In this document: positions 17,797-27,115 of the stretch, piece after piece | Layout: each line of letters starts with the position of its first letter | Numbering within the stretch: the stretch's first letter is position 1 | IMG/VR virus record: IMGVR_UViG_3300035698_013504 | Span: 1 to 64,000 of that record | Direction: 5' to 3' (one strand) | DNA length: 64,000 nucleotides | Origin: a virus | Lineage: Duplodnaviria > Caudoviricetes | Notes under the pieces: generated by a model | What the model saw: the letters and a program-made list of their open reading frames with translations, nothing else | Database searches by the model: none | Told to the model about the DNA's origin: nothing | Position numbers and translations under genes: made by a program

Positions 17797-18030
17797 GTGC
17801 AGAGCAAGCGAAAGAGAAAGAGTAGTGGCTGTCACAAGCGCCACAAGCAGCGTAAGAGGTCGCATGATGCCTTGCCGCCGACGCATCCCAAGGACGTGTC
17901 TTTCGGCGAGGGCCTCCTCGTTGTGGCAATCGTAACCGTCCTGATTGCGGCGTTGGCCGTCTCCTACCATTACGCCGGTAAGGGGTTCGACTCGAAGACG
18001 GCCGACAGCGCGTCTGCGACGGAACGCTAG
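17797..18030 (+). CDS. small membrane protein, prepilin-like N-terminus
   Basis: GAGGAGG RBS; basic leader then VSFGEGLLVVAIVTVLIAAL. Confidence 0.55.
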   Translation: MQSKRKRKSSGCHKRHKQRKRSHDALPPTHPKDVSFGEGLLVVAIVTVLIAALAVSYHYAGKGFDSKTADSASATER

Positions 18031-18047
18031 TAGCGCACTACTTCAAC

Positions 18048-18389
18048 ATGAAAGCCAGGCGCATAATGAGTTGGCATCCAGGCGATATCTTTGAGCAGGA
18101 CGATGAGGTAACACCTGAACTCATCGCAACATTTGTGGCGGGGCTCTTGTCGAACCGCGAGTTCAATAAGAGCGAGGGCTACGAAGGTTTCATCGGTTGC
18201 TACGGTACGTTTTGTTTCACCGACATGGTCATTGACAATATCGGGACGTTTCTCGATCGCTACTACCCGGAGTACAACTGGACGGAGGACGAACTGGAGA
18301 AGTGGATCAGCCGGGCGCCTACGGAGAACTGCAAAGATCTTGTTCGGGGCGTCGTTAAGGCGATCAAGGACGGTGAAGCTGAAGGTTAG
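18048..18389 (+). CDS. hypothetical protein
   Basis: 113-aa ORF filling the gap between genes. Confidence 0.6.
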   Translation: MKARRIMSWHPGDIFEQDDEVTPELIATFVAGLLSNREFNKSEGYEGFIGCYGTFCFTDMVIDNIGTFLDRYYPEYNWTEDELEKWISRAPTENCKDLVRGVVKAIKDGEAEG

Positions 18390-18391
18390 GA

Positions 18392-18412
18392 ACGCGTTAC
18401 TATAGATTGGAG
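18392..18412 (+). promoter_or_regulatory. candidate phage promoter motif (second exact copy)
   Basis: Identical to 2303-2323. Confidence 0.55.
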
Positions 18413-18418
18413 AAACTC

Positions 18419-18631
18419 GTGCAATTAACAGCGCAAGCGAAGTCGACGATCGACAGTACCCTACGCGAGTTTTTTACCCATCACCGCGATCAGGGCTTCA
18501 GGCTCCGAGAGATCGCGGCTGGCGTTGGACTCGACGCTACGAGGATCTACGGGGGCCTGCGTAGGCTACAGTCGCGCGGGCTCCTCCGCTACGACTACTC
18601 CGGTGGCTGGTGGGCCGAAGACGAGTGCTAG
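18419..18631 (+). CDS. winged-HTH DNA-binding protein
   Basis: GTG start after GGAG; FRLREIAAGVGLDATRIYGGLRRLQSRGLL. Confidence 0.6.
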   Translation: MQLTAQAKSTIDSTLREFFTHHRDQGFRLREIAAGVGLDATRIYGGLRRLQSRGLLRYDYSGGWWAEDEC

Positions 18632-18830
18632 GACCAAGGTACTTTAATGGGAGGCTGGTATATGTGGTGATGGCTCAGAGAGCTTACCGGAGAGATGACG
18701 TTACTTGACTGGCTCATACTAGTCAGTTATGCCCTCATGTTCGTTTTCGTCATACTCAGTTTCCCGTCATGCAACAAGATATGGAATGACGCGGTAACCC
18801 CGGAGACACACCAACAAGGAGATCAGACAC

Positions 18831-19073
18831 ATGGGATTCAAATCGTTCCCAGCGCAACTCGCCGCGTGGATAGTCTTCGCGTTGGTGATCATTGGTATCG
18901 CAATCGCCGGTGGCTATAAGTTTGACGAGTGGGTTACGGCGGGGAACACCAAGACCTACAGAGCCCTCTTCGGAGGGTGGGTAAAGCAAACAAAAAATCC
19001 GGACAAGCTCACGTTTGATGAGTGGCACGCCCTCTGGAACGCGGGCGAGCTCAAGAGTTATGAGGAGGACTAG
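18831..19073 (+). CDS. TM + NPxxLTFxEW paralog 1 of 4
   Basis: Single TM helix; WVKQTKNPDKLTFDEW. Confidence 0.8.
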   Translation: MGFKSFPAQLAAWIVFALVIIGIAIAGGYKFDEWVTAGNTKTYRALFGGWVKQTKNPDKLTFDEWHALWNAGELKSYEED

Positions 19074-19077
19074 TCAC

Positions 19078-19338
19078 ATGGGATTCATAGAAGGCCTTAA
19101 GAAGGTAACCTTCACTACCGCGTTGTCGGCGGTGGCCGTGATTGTTGTCACTATCGCTATCGCGTATGCTCCCGGTTGCCTCATCGCTAATAGGAGGGCT
19201 AACCTCCAGCGGGTACACAACGCCTACACAGGGTGGTCGAAGATAACCGGCAACCCGGACAAGCTCACGTTTGAGGAGTGGTGCGTCTTGCGCAGCTCGC
19301 GTGGACTTCCGTGGCCGCCGAGCAAGGAGAATCGCTAA
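19078..19338 (+). CDS. TM + NPxxLTFxEW paralog 2
   Basis: WSKITGNPDKLTFEEW. Confidence 0.8.
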   Translation: MGFIEGLKKVTFTTALSAVAVIVVTIAIAYAPGCLIANRRANLQRVHNAYTGWSKITGNPDKLTFEEWCVLRSSRGLPWPPSKENR

Positions 19339-19634
19339 TGGGTTTTCGAACTAGTCTCGTGTGTCGTATTCTTCGCTCGTGTAAGCGGGAAGCCGGGGTG
19401 GTTATACCTGTAGCGTTTTTCCTCTGTATTGTCTTTGGCCTCTTCTTCGGTCTCAACTCGTGTCTGTCTAATCTGACGGTCACTGCGGGCCAACTACGAG
19501 CCCACTGGGATAACATTGACGCCGAGACTTTCCAGGCGCGGACGAAGCAGACGGGCAACCCTAGTGAACTAACGTTCAGGGAGTGGAAACTACTCAAGGA
19601 GGCCGAGCTGCTACCGGCTAAGGAAGGAGACTGA
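19338..19634 (+). CDS. TM + NPxxLTFxEW paralog 3
   Basis: TAATG overlap; RTKQTGNPSELTFREW. Confidence 0.8.
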   Translation: MGFRTSLVCRILRSCKREAGVVIPVAFFLCIVFGLFFGLNSCLSNLTVTAGQLRAHWDNIDAETFQARTKQTGNPSELTFREWKLLKEAELLPAKEGD

Positions 19635-19637
19635 AGC

Positions 19638-19913
19638 ATGGACGGCTTTGATTCCCAGACGCAGTCGTTGAAGCGTGCGCTCATCATTGTGGCGTGCATG
19701 TTTATCATCGTGGCCATTTTCGTTTTGGCGTGCCACGCTCACGCGATGGGGCGCGACGCTGCGCGACGTTCGAGCGCGGTCCACGCCCCGATGGCACAGG
19801 GTATTGACATGGACGCTTTTCATGGGTGGTTGAAGCTAACCGGTAACCCGAAGGAGCTCACATTCGAGGAGTGGTTCGCGTTAAAACACGTGGACCTGCT
19901 CCACAGCAAGTAA
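19638..19913 (+). CDS. TM + NPxxLTFxEW paralog 4
   Basis: WLKLTGNPKELTFEEW. Confidence 0.8.
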   Translation: MDGFDSQTQSLKRALIIVACMFIIVAIFVLACHAHAMGRDAARRSSAVHAPMAQGIDMDAFHGWLKLTGNPKELTFEEWFALKHVDLLHSK

Positions 19914-19942
19914 TCCTTTACCCCAGATATGGAGTACGAAGC

Positions 19943-20605
19943 ATGATTAGACCTGACAGATTGTCGGGCAGTATCCTCGTGGTGTTTTCGTTACTCGCGA
20001 CTGGGGCCATCGGATGGGACGACCCCTGGCTTTTCCTCATGCTGCTTGTTGTGGCTTTCAGCGGGGGTCTCGTCGCACACCTCATCAGGAACAACATTCC
20101 CCCGAGATACTTCGAGGTCGACCCGCACGTTGAGTTCTTCATTAGTTCCGCCGATGATCCTGGTGAGCGGATTATCGTAAAGCCTGTGGAGGACAAGAAG
20201 GGGCGTAGGAGCTATATGGTCAAGCGTTCGTGGTGGGAACATGCCTCGAGCGACTTGCAGCCCGGTATTACCGAGGCTGTGGCCAACCACATGAACGACG
20301 AGGACTACATCAACAAGATCGCGCATTTGATTAAGCCCATACCGCGTGAGGTCCTCGACGAGTTCATGTACTCCGAGTTTCGGCGATGTCCAGAGGTCAA
20401 CCGCGCCACGGGCGATGCCCTTCAGCAACTCGCGGCCATCTTTGCCTTCATCGGCCCTGAGGCCGCGTACAAGAAGTTTTACGACCTCGCGGAAGCTCAT
20501 AACAAAAGCGTAGAGGCTGCGAAGTTGCAAGAGGAGGTGGAGCAAGACGCTACCACGCCCGCCCGGGACTCGGAAACCCATGCCGGAGATGCTGGACGAG
20601 AGTAG
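19943..20605 (+). CDS. two-TM membrane protein
   Basis: GGAG RBS; two N-terminal hydrophobic segments. Confidence 0.65.
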   Translation: MIRPDRLSGSILVVFSLLATGAIGWDDPWLFLMLLVVAFSGGLVAHLIRNNIPPRYFEVDPHVEFFISSADDPGERIIVKPVEDKKGRRSYMVKRSWWEHASSDLQPGITEAVANHMNDEDYINKIAHLIKPIPREVLDEFMYSEFRRCPEVNRATGDALQQLAAIFAFIGPEAAYKKFYDLAEAHNKSVEAAKLQEEVEQDATTPARDSETHAGDAGRE

Positions 20606-20758
20606 CAAGACTGTTGAATTATCCGTGACGACTTCGGGGTCGCCGCGGCAGCTATAGATAGGAAGGTCAATAAGTTTGGCCGCAGTACAATCGAGCTACT
20701 CACCTCGCCCATTCGGCGATGTTGAGCTTAGCCCCTAACAAAGAGAGGAAGCATTCGT

Positions 20759-21427
20759 ATGAAGTTTGAACTTGAACCGATGGATTGCTTGGCCGACATG
20801 CAGTGGATGGTCGGCGCGGAGCACAGATTCCTCAACGGGTTCGGCGAGCTGATCGTTGGCACCACGGAGTGCGAAGATCTCGTCGACTTCCGGGATAGCA
20901 TGCCCTCGTTGGCGCTCGTGCACTGTGACGACGACGACAACGAGATGTTGTTGGTCACGATCGAAGAGAGCGATTACGCGCTCTCCGGCGACAGCAACCG
21001 TAAGCAGCGTCTGGACACGTTCCTGTCCGGGATTCACTGGACCCGAAGCAGCGCCGAGTCGCTGTTCCTCGCGTCGGTGTTCGAAGTCGCCTTCGAGGCG
21101 GGAGCTCTGGCGCGCGGCGTCAACCAGCCCGCCGAGGCCACGCAGGCGCATCAGCCGTGTCAGCACCGCCCCTCGTGCCAGCATGGCGCGGAACAGGCGG
21201 GTCGCAACGTCCTGGTCGTGTCCGAAGCCGATCTCCGCGCGGTACAGCCGATGTGTCAGCAGCACGTCGAGCAGCCCGAGGAGCCGGTTGAGGAGCCGAC
21301 GGATCGCAATTACCTGCTCGTTAGCGCCCCCACGCCCGAAGAGGCGCCGCAGCCCCCGGCTGGCGACGTCGTTATCCTGAGGTCGGTCGATCCGGCGCCC
21401 AGCGATAACATCGGACACGGCGGGTAG
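20759..21427 (+). CDS. acidic hypothetical protein
   Basis: GAGAGGA RBS; coding-like codon usage. Confidence 0.7.
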   Translation: MKFELEPMDCLADMQWMVGAEHRFLNGFGELIVGTTECEDLVDFRDSMPSLALVHCDDDDNEMLLVTIEESDYALSGDSNRKQRLDTFLSGIHWTRSSAESLFLASVFEVAFEAGALARGVNQPAEATQAHQPCQHRPSCQHGAEQAGRNVLVVSEADLRAVQPMCQQHVEQPEEPVEEPTDRNYLLVSAPTPEEAPQPPAGDVVILRSVDPAPSDNIGHGG

Positions 21428-21460
21428 TACCAACAACCGGCTATAACGGAGGGACGTAGT

Positions 21461-21706
21461 ATGCCAGCACCAGTAACCACACACGTATGCCTTTCGTGCG
21501 GCGACCGTTTTGGCTCCTACGTCTGCCTCCGTTGTACGCCGGAGGCAGACGAGAACACAACAGACCCCGGTGAGATTGTTAAGGACCGCTGTGGCATATG
21601 CCACAGGGAGTTAGCGCATGACATTATCCCCATCATGAACGTCCACTTCCTAGGTAACCCGAAAGGTTACCACGGGGAGGACAAGATATACTTTCCCCGA
21701 CGTTAA
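21461..21706 (+). CDS. small Cys-rich (Zn-finger-like) protein
   Basis: CLSC, CLRC, CGIC; GGAGGG RBS. Confidence 0.6.
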   Translation: MPAPVTTHVCLSCGDRFGSYVCLRCTPEADENTTDPGEIVKDRCGICHRELAHDIIPIMNVHFLGNPKGYHGEDKIYFPRR

Positions 21707-21715
21707 GGAGACACC

Positions 21716-21940
21716 GTGGATATCACCGGGATACACTCGATCACGCCCGTCGATGACCTGAAGGTAGAAGCAATGAGCCTTGCCCCGAGCGATGAAGGCT
21801 CCTGCCGCATAACCCTCAGCGTCCGCGACACGTTTAACGGAGAGGCTGGAACACTCTCTTACCACTTACCGCTTCACTGCATAAACCTTAACCCGACGGC
21901 CGCGCTGGCAATCATCGCGAAGGCGTCGGAGGAGACATAA
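21716..21940 (+). CDS. hypothetical protein
   Basis: AAGGAG RBS before GTG. Confidence 0.6.
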   Translation: MDITGIHSITPVDDLKVEAMSLAPSDEGSCRITLSVRDTFNGEAGTLSYHLPLHCINLNPTAALAIIAKASEET

Positions 21941-21941
21941 C

Positions 21942-22238
21942 ATGCAAACACCTTGCGTAGCATTCGTAGACCGAACGGACAATTACGATTACATCGCTGG
22001 CAGGAGGCAGGATCCATCAGGACCGTGCCAGCATTCTGCTCGAATTGTACTCAACGGCAAAAAGTTGTGTGCGGCACATGCCGGTAAAGCCCTGGAGCTG
22101 TTGGCTCGTAGGACCGGGGGCCCAATCAGCGTTCACGCCGAACTCGGGGACCTACGTCCCACAAGAGCAACACCTCTGAGGACCGAGGTGTCGCTTATAG
22201 GGAGCAGAAATAGCCATGATCGACCACTTCGCCGGTAA
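21942..22238 (+). CDS. hypothetical protein
   Basis: Tight operon spacing. Confidence 0.5.
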   Translation: MQTPCVAFVDRTDNYDYIAGRRQDPSGPCQHSARIVLNGKKLCAAHAGKALELLARRTGGPISVHAELGDLRPTRATPLRTEVSLIGSRNSHDRPLRR

Positions 22239-22971
22239 GTACCAGTTCCTGTCGAACTTCTACCCCTGTACGGTCTTGATCGATGGCGATATCGCCAAGT
22301 CGGTTGAGCATGGGTATCAGGCGTGGAAGGCGAAGGATCCGGAGGTTCGTAGCAGCATCTTAATGGCCCCGACCCCTGGCGCCGCGAAGAGACTTGGCTC
22401 CAAGGCGGAACTCAGAGACAACTACTCCGACAACGCCCGCATTTGCGTGATGGAGCAGTTGCTTTACCAGAAGTTCAACCGTGAGCCGTTCCGCACCCAG
22501 CTCATCGATACCGGCGCCGAAGAGATTGTTGAAGGTAACAACTGGGGCGACGACTTCTGGGGCGTCTGTGACGCGGCCAAAGGTAAGAACCTCCTCGGCA
22601 AGATGCTTATGGCGATTCGGACCGCGGCCCTGGCCGAGGGACCGTACGACGGGTACACGCTGCTGTGGACCCACGACAAGATGGACCCGGTCAAGGTGTA
22701 CCTCAAGGTTCCTAACCAGTCCAGGGTTATGCTGTGCGAGTTGGATCCCACCGAGTACAAGACGGGTCTCCTGTGTATCGAGATGGACTTGATGCAGGAC
22801 GCACAGCGGGAGGCGAAGTACAAGGTGGACCTTCTTACCGGGTACTTGAACACCGCGAGTTGTGGTGTGACGGGGTGCCCCGGCCCGGATGGCGAATACA
22901 GCAGCTTGGCGATATGCCCGTCCTGTAAAGTCATCTCCGACGTCCGTCATGTTATGTTACGGAAAGCCTAG
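22216..22971 (+). CDS. NADAR (YbiA-like) family hydrolase with C-terminal extension
   Basis: FLSNFYPC, SVEHGYQAWK, PGAAKRLG, LLYQKF, LIDTG..IVEGNNWGDDFWG..GKNLLGKMLMAIR. Confidence 0.88.
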   Translation: MIDHFAGKYQFLSNFYPCTVLIDGDIAKSVEHGYQAWKAKDPEVRSSILMAPTPGAAKRLGSKAELRDNYSDNARICVMEQLLYQKFNREPFRTQLIDTGAEEIVEGNNWGDDFWGVCDAAKGKNLLGKMLMAIRTAALAEGPYDGYTLLWTHDKMDPVKVYLKVPNQSRVMLCELDPTEYKTGLLCIEMDLMQDAQREAKYKVDLLTGYLNTASCGVTGCPGPDGEYSSLAICPSCKVISDVRHVMLRKA

Positions 22972-22975
22972 GATC

Positions 22976-23272
22976 ATGACAACGGACGAAACCAGGCTAC
23001 GGTATCGGATGCCAAGAGATATGCGTAGGCTTCCGTCAGAGGCGACGCGGCTGTCACAAGCCGATAAGGAAGATATATCGGCGATGTACGTCGAACCGGC
23101 CGATGAATACCAAAAGCGGATCGGGGACGCAATCCCCGCCCTCGCCGAAGGTAACGACCGGTGGCGCATTGAAGCCGAGCGTCAGCTTGAAGTAGATACC
23201 CGCCACATCCAGATGGTCCGGGAGAAGATCGAAGCTGCTAGACTCCGAAAAGCGTATCGGCGGCGATTTTAA
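22976..23272 (+). CDS. hypothetical protein
   Basis: ATG 4 nt after the NADAR stop. Confidence 0.55.
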   Translation: MTTDETRLRYRMPRDMRRLPSEATRLSQADKEDISAMYVEPADEYQKRIGDAIPALAEGNDRWRIEAERQLEVDTRHIQMVREKIEAARLRKAYRRRF

Positions 23273-23292
23273 CAGCCCAAAGGAGACTGCGT

Positions 23293-23778
23293 ATGTTCGA
23301 CCCCGACAGAATCATGTCCAACCCGTCTGACTATCGCGCAAAGATTACACTTCTCGAGATGACGCTGAACTATCTGATGGATCACGCAGACGATCTTCAC
23401 ATCGGCGCCCGCTACGACGACGACACGGAGGATCTTCTCTACGGTCTGCTCGACAAGATCGGTCACCTCAAGACCGGAGATGGAGAGACGGAGGACGGCT
23501 GGCCTTGCATTCATTGTGGTACCAACACGGTGGAGACTCTAAATGACGCCGTGGTCTGCGCCCACTGTCGGCGTCTCGGCCACGTCGAATTGGCCGCCCA
23601 GTCCGCTATGGGTACGTTGCTGCCGATGGACACAGAAAACCGGAAGCGGATGCTTCGGGGTCTTCATGACACGAACTTGCCGGTGTACACCCGCGTGCTC
23701 GAGAAACTTGAGGATCTCCACGCCGCAGCGACCGACATCCTACCAACAGAGGAGAGGCCCGATGGGGCTAAGCCCTAG
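23293..23778 (+). CDS. hypothetical protein with CxxC...CxxC Zn ribbon
   Basis: CIHC...CAHC; AAGGAG RBS. Confidence 0.65.
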   Translation: MFDPDRIMSNPSDYRAKITLLEMTLNYLMDHADDLHIGARYDDDTEDLLYGLLDKIGHLKTGDGETEDGWPCIHCGTNTVETLNDAVVCAHCRRLGHVELAAQSAMGTLLPMDTENRKRMLRGLHDTNLPVYTRVLEKLEDLHAAATDILPTEERPDGAKP

Positions 23779-24025
23779 GATCGTAAACTCTGCCGTAAAG
23801 CGTGGAGACGAGATATATACCGCCATCAGACACTCGAAGGCGATCCATATGGCCGCTATGGGCGGCTGGTCGCCCCCCATCACATCCAGCGAACAAGGGT
23901 TCGTTACGGATACAGGGGTTTTTGTTGACAGGCAGGAGGCATTCCGTATCGCGGTTGAGTGCGGGCAATTCACGCCTAAGCCTCACAGTTCGCGGAATAC
24001 GCTCTTCTCAGAAGATCTCTGGTAG
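23762..24025 (+). CDS. conserved phage hypothetical protein
   Basis: QGFVTDTGVFVDRQEAFRIA..GQ..LFSEDLW pattern common in small phage proteins. Confidence 0.7.
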   Translation: MGLSPRIVNSAVKRGDEIYTAIRHSKAIHMAAMGGWSPPITSSEQGFVTDTGVFVDRQEAFRIAVECGQFTPKPHSSRNTLFSEDLW

Positions 24026-24038
24026 AAAGGACGCCGAT

Positions 24039-24878
24039 ATGGCGCGAACTATGTTGGAACGGCTCGTGGGATCGTCTGCTGCGACCCCAGCCCCTGAGCA
24101 TCCGCCGTTTTGGGTTGTCTATGACCCGGAGGAAGATAAGTACTGGATAGCCGAGGACGGGTGGACAGTGGACCTCGAGGATGCCCGGCCTTTTTCGGCG
24201 ATCGACGCGGCCGCCATACAGGTGATCCCGGGCGGTGATGGCAACGTTCTCCGTGAGATTTACCCGGCCAGATTCTCAATCTTCACCCCGACCTCGGCTC
24301 AGTTTTATGAGGTTGGTACCGGGTGGGGTTACTTTGAGCATGCGACAATGCTCTCACACCGCGAGACGATCGGATTCCACAAGCCCCGAGCGCCCGGGCT
24401 TAGGTCCACAAACGGGGTCGTATTCGTTAGAGAAGCACCGTGGGACTTCGAGTGGGACCCCGCAGTCATGTCACAGGTGGTCCTTGCGGAGCTAATGGAA
24501 GACAGCCCGCTCGTGACTATGCGGGATGTGGTCTACGCCTTCGAAACCGGCTCGGCTCTTGAAGGTGAATACATGGAGTTTTTGAGGAAGGTCGACGCCT
24601 GTCTGTCCTACCTACCCCGAGCGCCAGGCCTCTTCTCGTTTATGAGCGTTACGAGGATTGCCTTCGCCGGTGTAACCAGGTTTTCTAACACGAGCCCCCG
24701 TACATCGCGGAGGCTAAGTGCTTCTGCCGAGCGTGTGTTGGACCGCATTGCAGCAGCCCCTATGAGGCAGTACATCCGAGGAAGGATACGCAATGGAGAA
24801 CTCGTCATCCGAATCACCTACAGAACCGGAAGCTTCCGCAGAGGAACCGAAGAGTGTCGTATCCGATACACGGTTTAA
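24039..24878 (+). CDS. PWDFEWDP paralog 1 of 2
   Basis: Shares FWVVYDP, GWGYF, IGFHKP, PWDFEWDP and MRQYIRGR..IRITY with 25055-25852. Confidence 0.75.
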   Translation: MARTMLERLVGSSAATPAPEHPPFWVVYDPEEDKYWIAEDGWTVDLEDARPFSAIDAAAIQVIPGGDGNVLREIYPARFSIFTPTSAQFYEVGTGWGYFEHATMLSHRETIGFHKPRAPGLRSTNGVVFVREAPWDFEWDPAVMSQVVLAELMEDSPLVTMRDVVYAFETGSALEGEYMEFLRKVDACLSYLPRAPGLFSFMSVTRIAFAGVTRFSNTSPRTSRRLSASAERVLDRIAAAPMRQYIRGRIRNGELVIRITYRTGSFRRGTEECRIRYTV

Positions 24879-25054
24879 GAGTCTCATCACGATGTGGGTC
24901 CGGCTGTTTCTATGCTGGTGTTTTGCCGTTTTAATCAAAAAGCTGACTCTCGGCGCGGGCTTCTCGGAGGACGTCTCCACCGTTTCGATGTTGGCGGCAT
25001 TATGCGCCGGTTGTTGGTTCTTCGTACGAAGAAGGGAATAGAAAGGATGTTACG

Positions 25055-25852
25055 TTGATCGAGTTCAGACCTACCGGGCCGGGCGCTTTTATCGACTGGC
25101 CGCGTGCCGCCGAAGACCCGTACTGGATTGTCGTCAACCCGATAGACTCCGCGGGCTGGGACGGTGAAAACCCAATTCACCCGACCTGGGTTTCCTATGA
25201 CCGGGCAAAGCGGTTTACCATCCTTGAGGCGGCCTACATGCGCTCGGCGATGGTTACTGGCGGCATCGTGCGTGAAGTGACACCAAATCGGTATACAATC
25301 ATCCGACCCCGTTACGATGGGTTTTGGAAGATTGGCGCCGGGTGGGAACATTTCCGGGAGTGTACCAAGTTTTTACCGGAGGATAAGATCGGATTCCACC
25401 TGCCCGTACAGGGGTCACGGTGGTGCCCGATAGACCCGTGGGACTTCGAGTGGGACCCGGACCTTACTTTGGGCGATCTCGCGGCAGATTTGATGGAACA
25501 AGACGGAGCTACTCTTGAAGGGGCACGGGCTGCCGTAAACACCGAAGAGAATCTGGAGTTAGGGTTTTCCGGGTTCCTTGCTTATGCAAACGCGTATCTC
25601 CGCCAATTAAACGCGCATACGTTGCGTATCTCAGCGACCCCCATCGTCGAGACATTAACGTATGGGGATGCCCGTGAATATGTTACAGACGCGCGCGGCG
25701 TTGGGAACGTGCTGAATCGCGCGGTTGTTTCGCCCATGTGGCAGTACATCAGAGGAAGGTTTCAAGATGAAATCATCTACATCAGAATCACGTACCGAGT
25801 TGGACGAGATATCGGCGGCACGGAAGACATCTACATTCGGGCGATTGCTTAG
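25055..25852 (+). CDS. PWDFEWDP paralog 2
   Basis: YWIVVNP, GWEHF, IGFHLP, PWDFEWDP, MWQYIRGR..IRITY. Confidence 0.75.
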   Translation: MIEFRPTGPGAFIDWPRAAEDPYWIVVNPIDSAGWDGENPIHPTWVSYDRAKRFTILEAAYMRSAMVTGGIVREVTPNRYTIIRPRYDGFWKIGAGWEHFRECTKFLPEDKIGFHLPVQGSRWCPIDPWDFEWDPDLTLGDLAADLMEQDGATLEGARAAVNTEENLELGFSGFLAYANAYLRQLNAHTLRISATPIVETLTYGDAREYVTDARGVGNVLNRAVVSPMWQYIRGRFQDEIIYIRITYRVGRDIGGTEDIYIRAIA

Positions 25853-25946
25853 CTGGCTTGTTGGTGTTGTTCGGCGGTGGCGTCAGCGTCGTGAAGATGC
25901 CAGCCTAGCTCGCGCCGTGGCCGCGTTCAAGAAGGAGAGGCTCGCT

Positions 25947-26228
25947 ATGTTCATCTTCTGCGAGCGCATATCCGAGTTCGATAGAACGAGATAGCTGGCA
26001 GAGATAGCCGACTTCCGCGTGAGTTCCTTGACGTTCTACACCAACCTTGTCGAGGCGGCCCGGTGCGGGGTGCGTAGCGCGAGCTTAACAGACGAGATCG
26101 CCGACGTCCTAATCCGCGCGGATAACGTCTACAGGTGTCACGACCCGCTTGAAGGTAACTACGCCAACGACACGCACGGGTGGATTGGTACCAGACCGCC
26201 CAGGAAGCGATTCGGCTCGTACAAGTAA
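25947..26228 (+). pseudogene. small ORF interrupted by an in-frame TAG at 25992-25994
   Basis: AAGGAG RBS and ATG 25947; the same frame continues to 26228, then a terminator. Confidence 0.4.
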
Positions 26229-26242
26229 TCCGCAACGAAACG

Positions 26243-26279
26243 AAAGAGGGGGAGGGCTTACGCCTTCCCCTCTTTTTTT
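26243..26279 (+). terminator. intrinsic terminator
   Basis: AAAGAGGGGGAGGGC-TTAC-GCCTTCCCCTCTTT plus T-tract. Confidence 0.8.
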
Positions 26280-26398
26280 AGGTATCCACAGGTGCTTAAT
26301 AAACGCGCGTTCTTGGTTAGTATTATTTGAGAGACAGGTACATATGCCATTCGTGCATATGCCAGATCTCTCATGTCATTCCTATCAGGGGAATAACC

Positions 26399-26728
26399 GT
26401 GGCGAATCTGACCAAGGCCGTTGATGTCCGGACTGTGTGTGAGCCCTCCGACGAAGATCAGTCGGAGCGTAAGTTGTCGATGCGCTTGATCGAGCGCACG
26501 CGTGACGGCCGCCGCGTAGTGCGGTATCTCGACGGTTCCGAGAGGTATCTCGGCGCAGTGATCTGTACCGACTGTGGTGAGACCTTCAAGGTCACCACCG
26601 AGCGTGAGATGTTGTTCACGCGGTGCAGCGCGTGCCAGCGGGCACACAAGAAGTTCTTCGGGGGCAGCAAAGGCATCCCCAGCAGGGGCCGTTCCTATAT
26701 CAGGGTGCGATCGCGATCGCGCCGGTAG
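26399..26728 (+). CDS. Zn-ribbon protein
   Basis: CTDCGETF...CSACQ; GTG after AGGGGA. Confidence 0.55.
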   Translation: MANLTKAVDVRTVCEPSDEDQSERKLSMRLIERTRDGRRVVRYLDGSERYLGAVICTDCGETFKVTTEREMLFTRCSACQRAHKKFFGGSKGIPSRGRSYIRVRSRSRR

Positions 26729-27115
26729 GGACACGTAGGAGAGGCATCTGACGGCCTTGCCAACTGTGGTGAGACCTTTAAGGTCACCGCGGCCAGTCAG
26801 ATGTTGTGAGCGCGTAGCGGCGATGTAACGCACGCGTACACGGGCAGACAGGCATCCAGAGGCAACCCTCGCCGGAGGCACCCCTAGGGTCAGGCGACGT
26901 AGGCTGGGTGAAGCGGGAAAGCAAAACGCATAGGAAGACCAAGAGAACACGAGCCTGGCGCGCACACTCTGCGCCAGCGCTCTTGGTCCTGCGTTTGAAC
27001 CTTTCTCCACGGAGCCTCGGCCTACGGGCCGGGGCTCGCCCTCTCCTCTTCTTTAGCTACGGCCCTAGATCGGTTACTATAGTCTGGAGTCCACCTGTTA
27101 GCTAAGGAGCACTCT

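Noticed and set aside
26258-27010. 250-aa minus-strand ORF with a repeated QHLT..GDL.GLTTVG
   Set aside because: The repeat is the antisense reading of the decayed Zn-ribbon duplication
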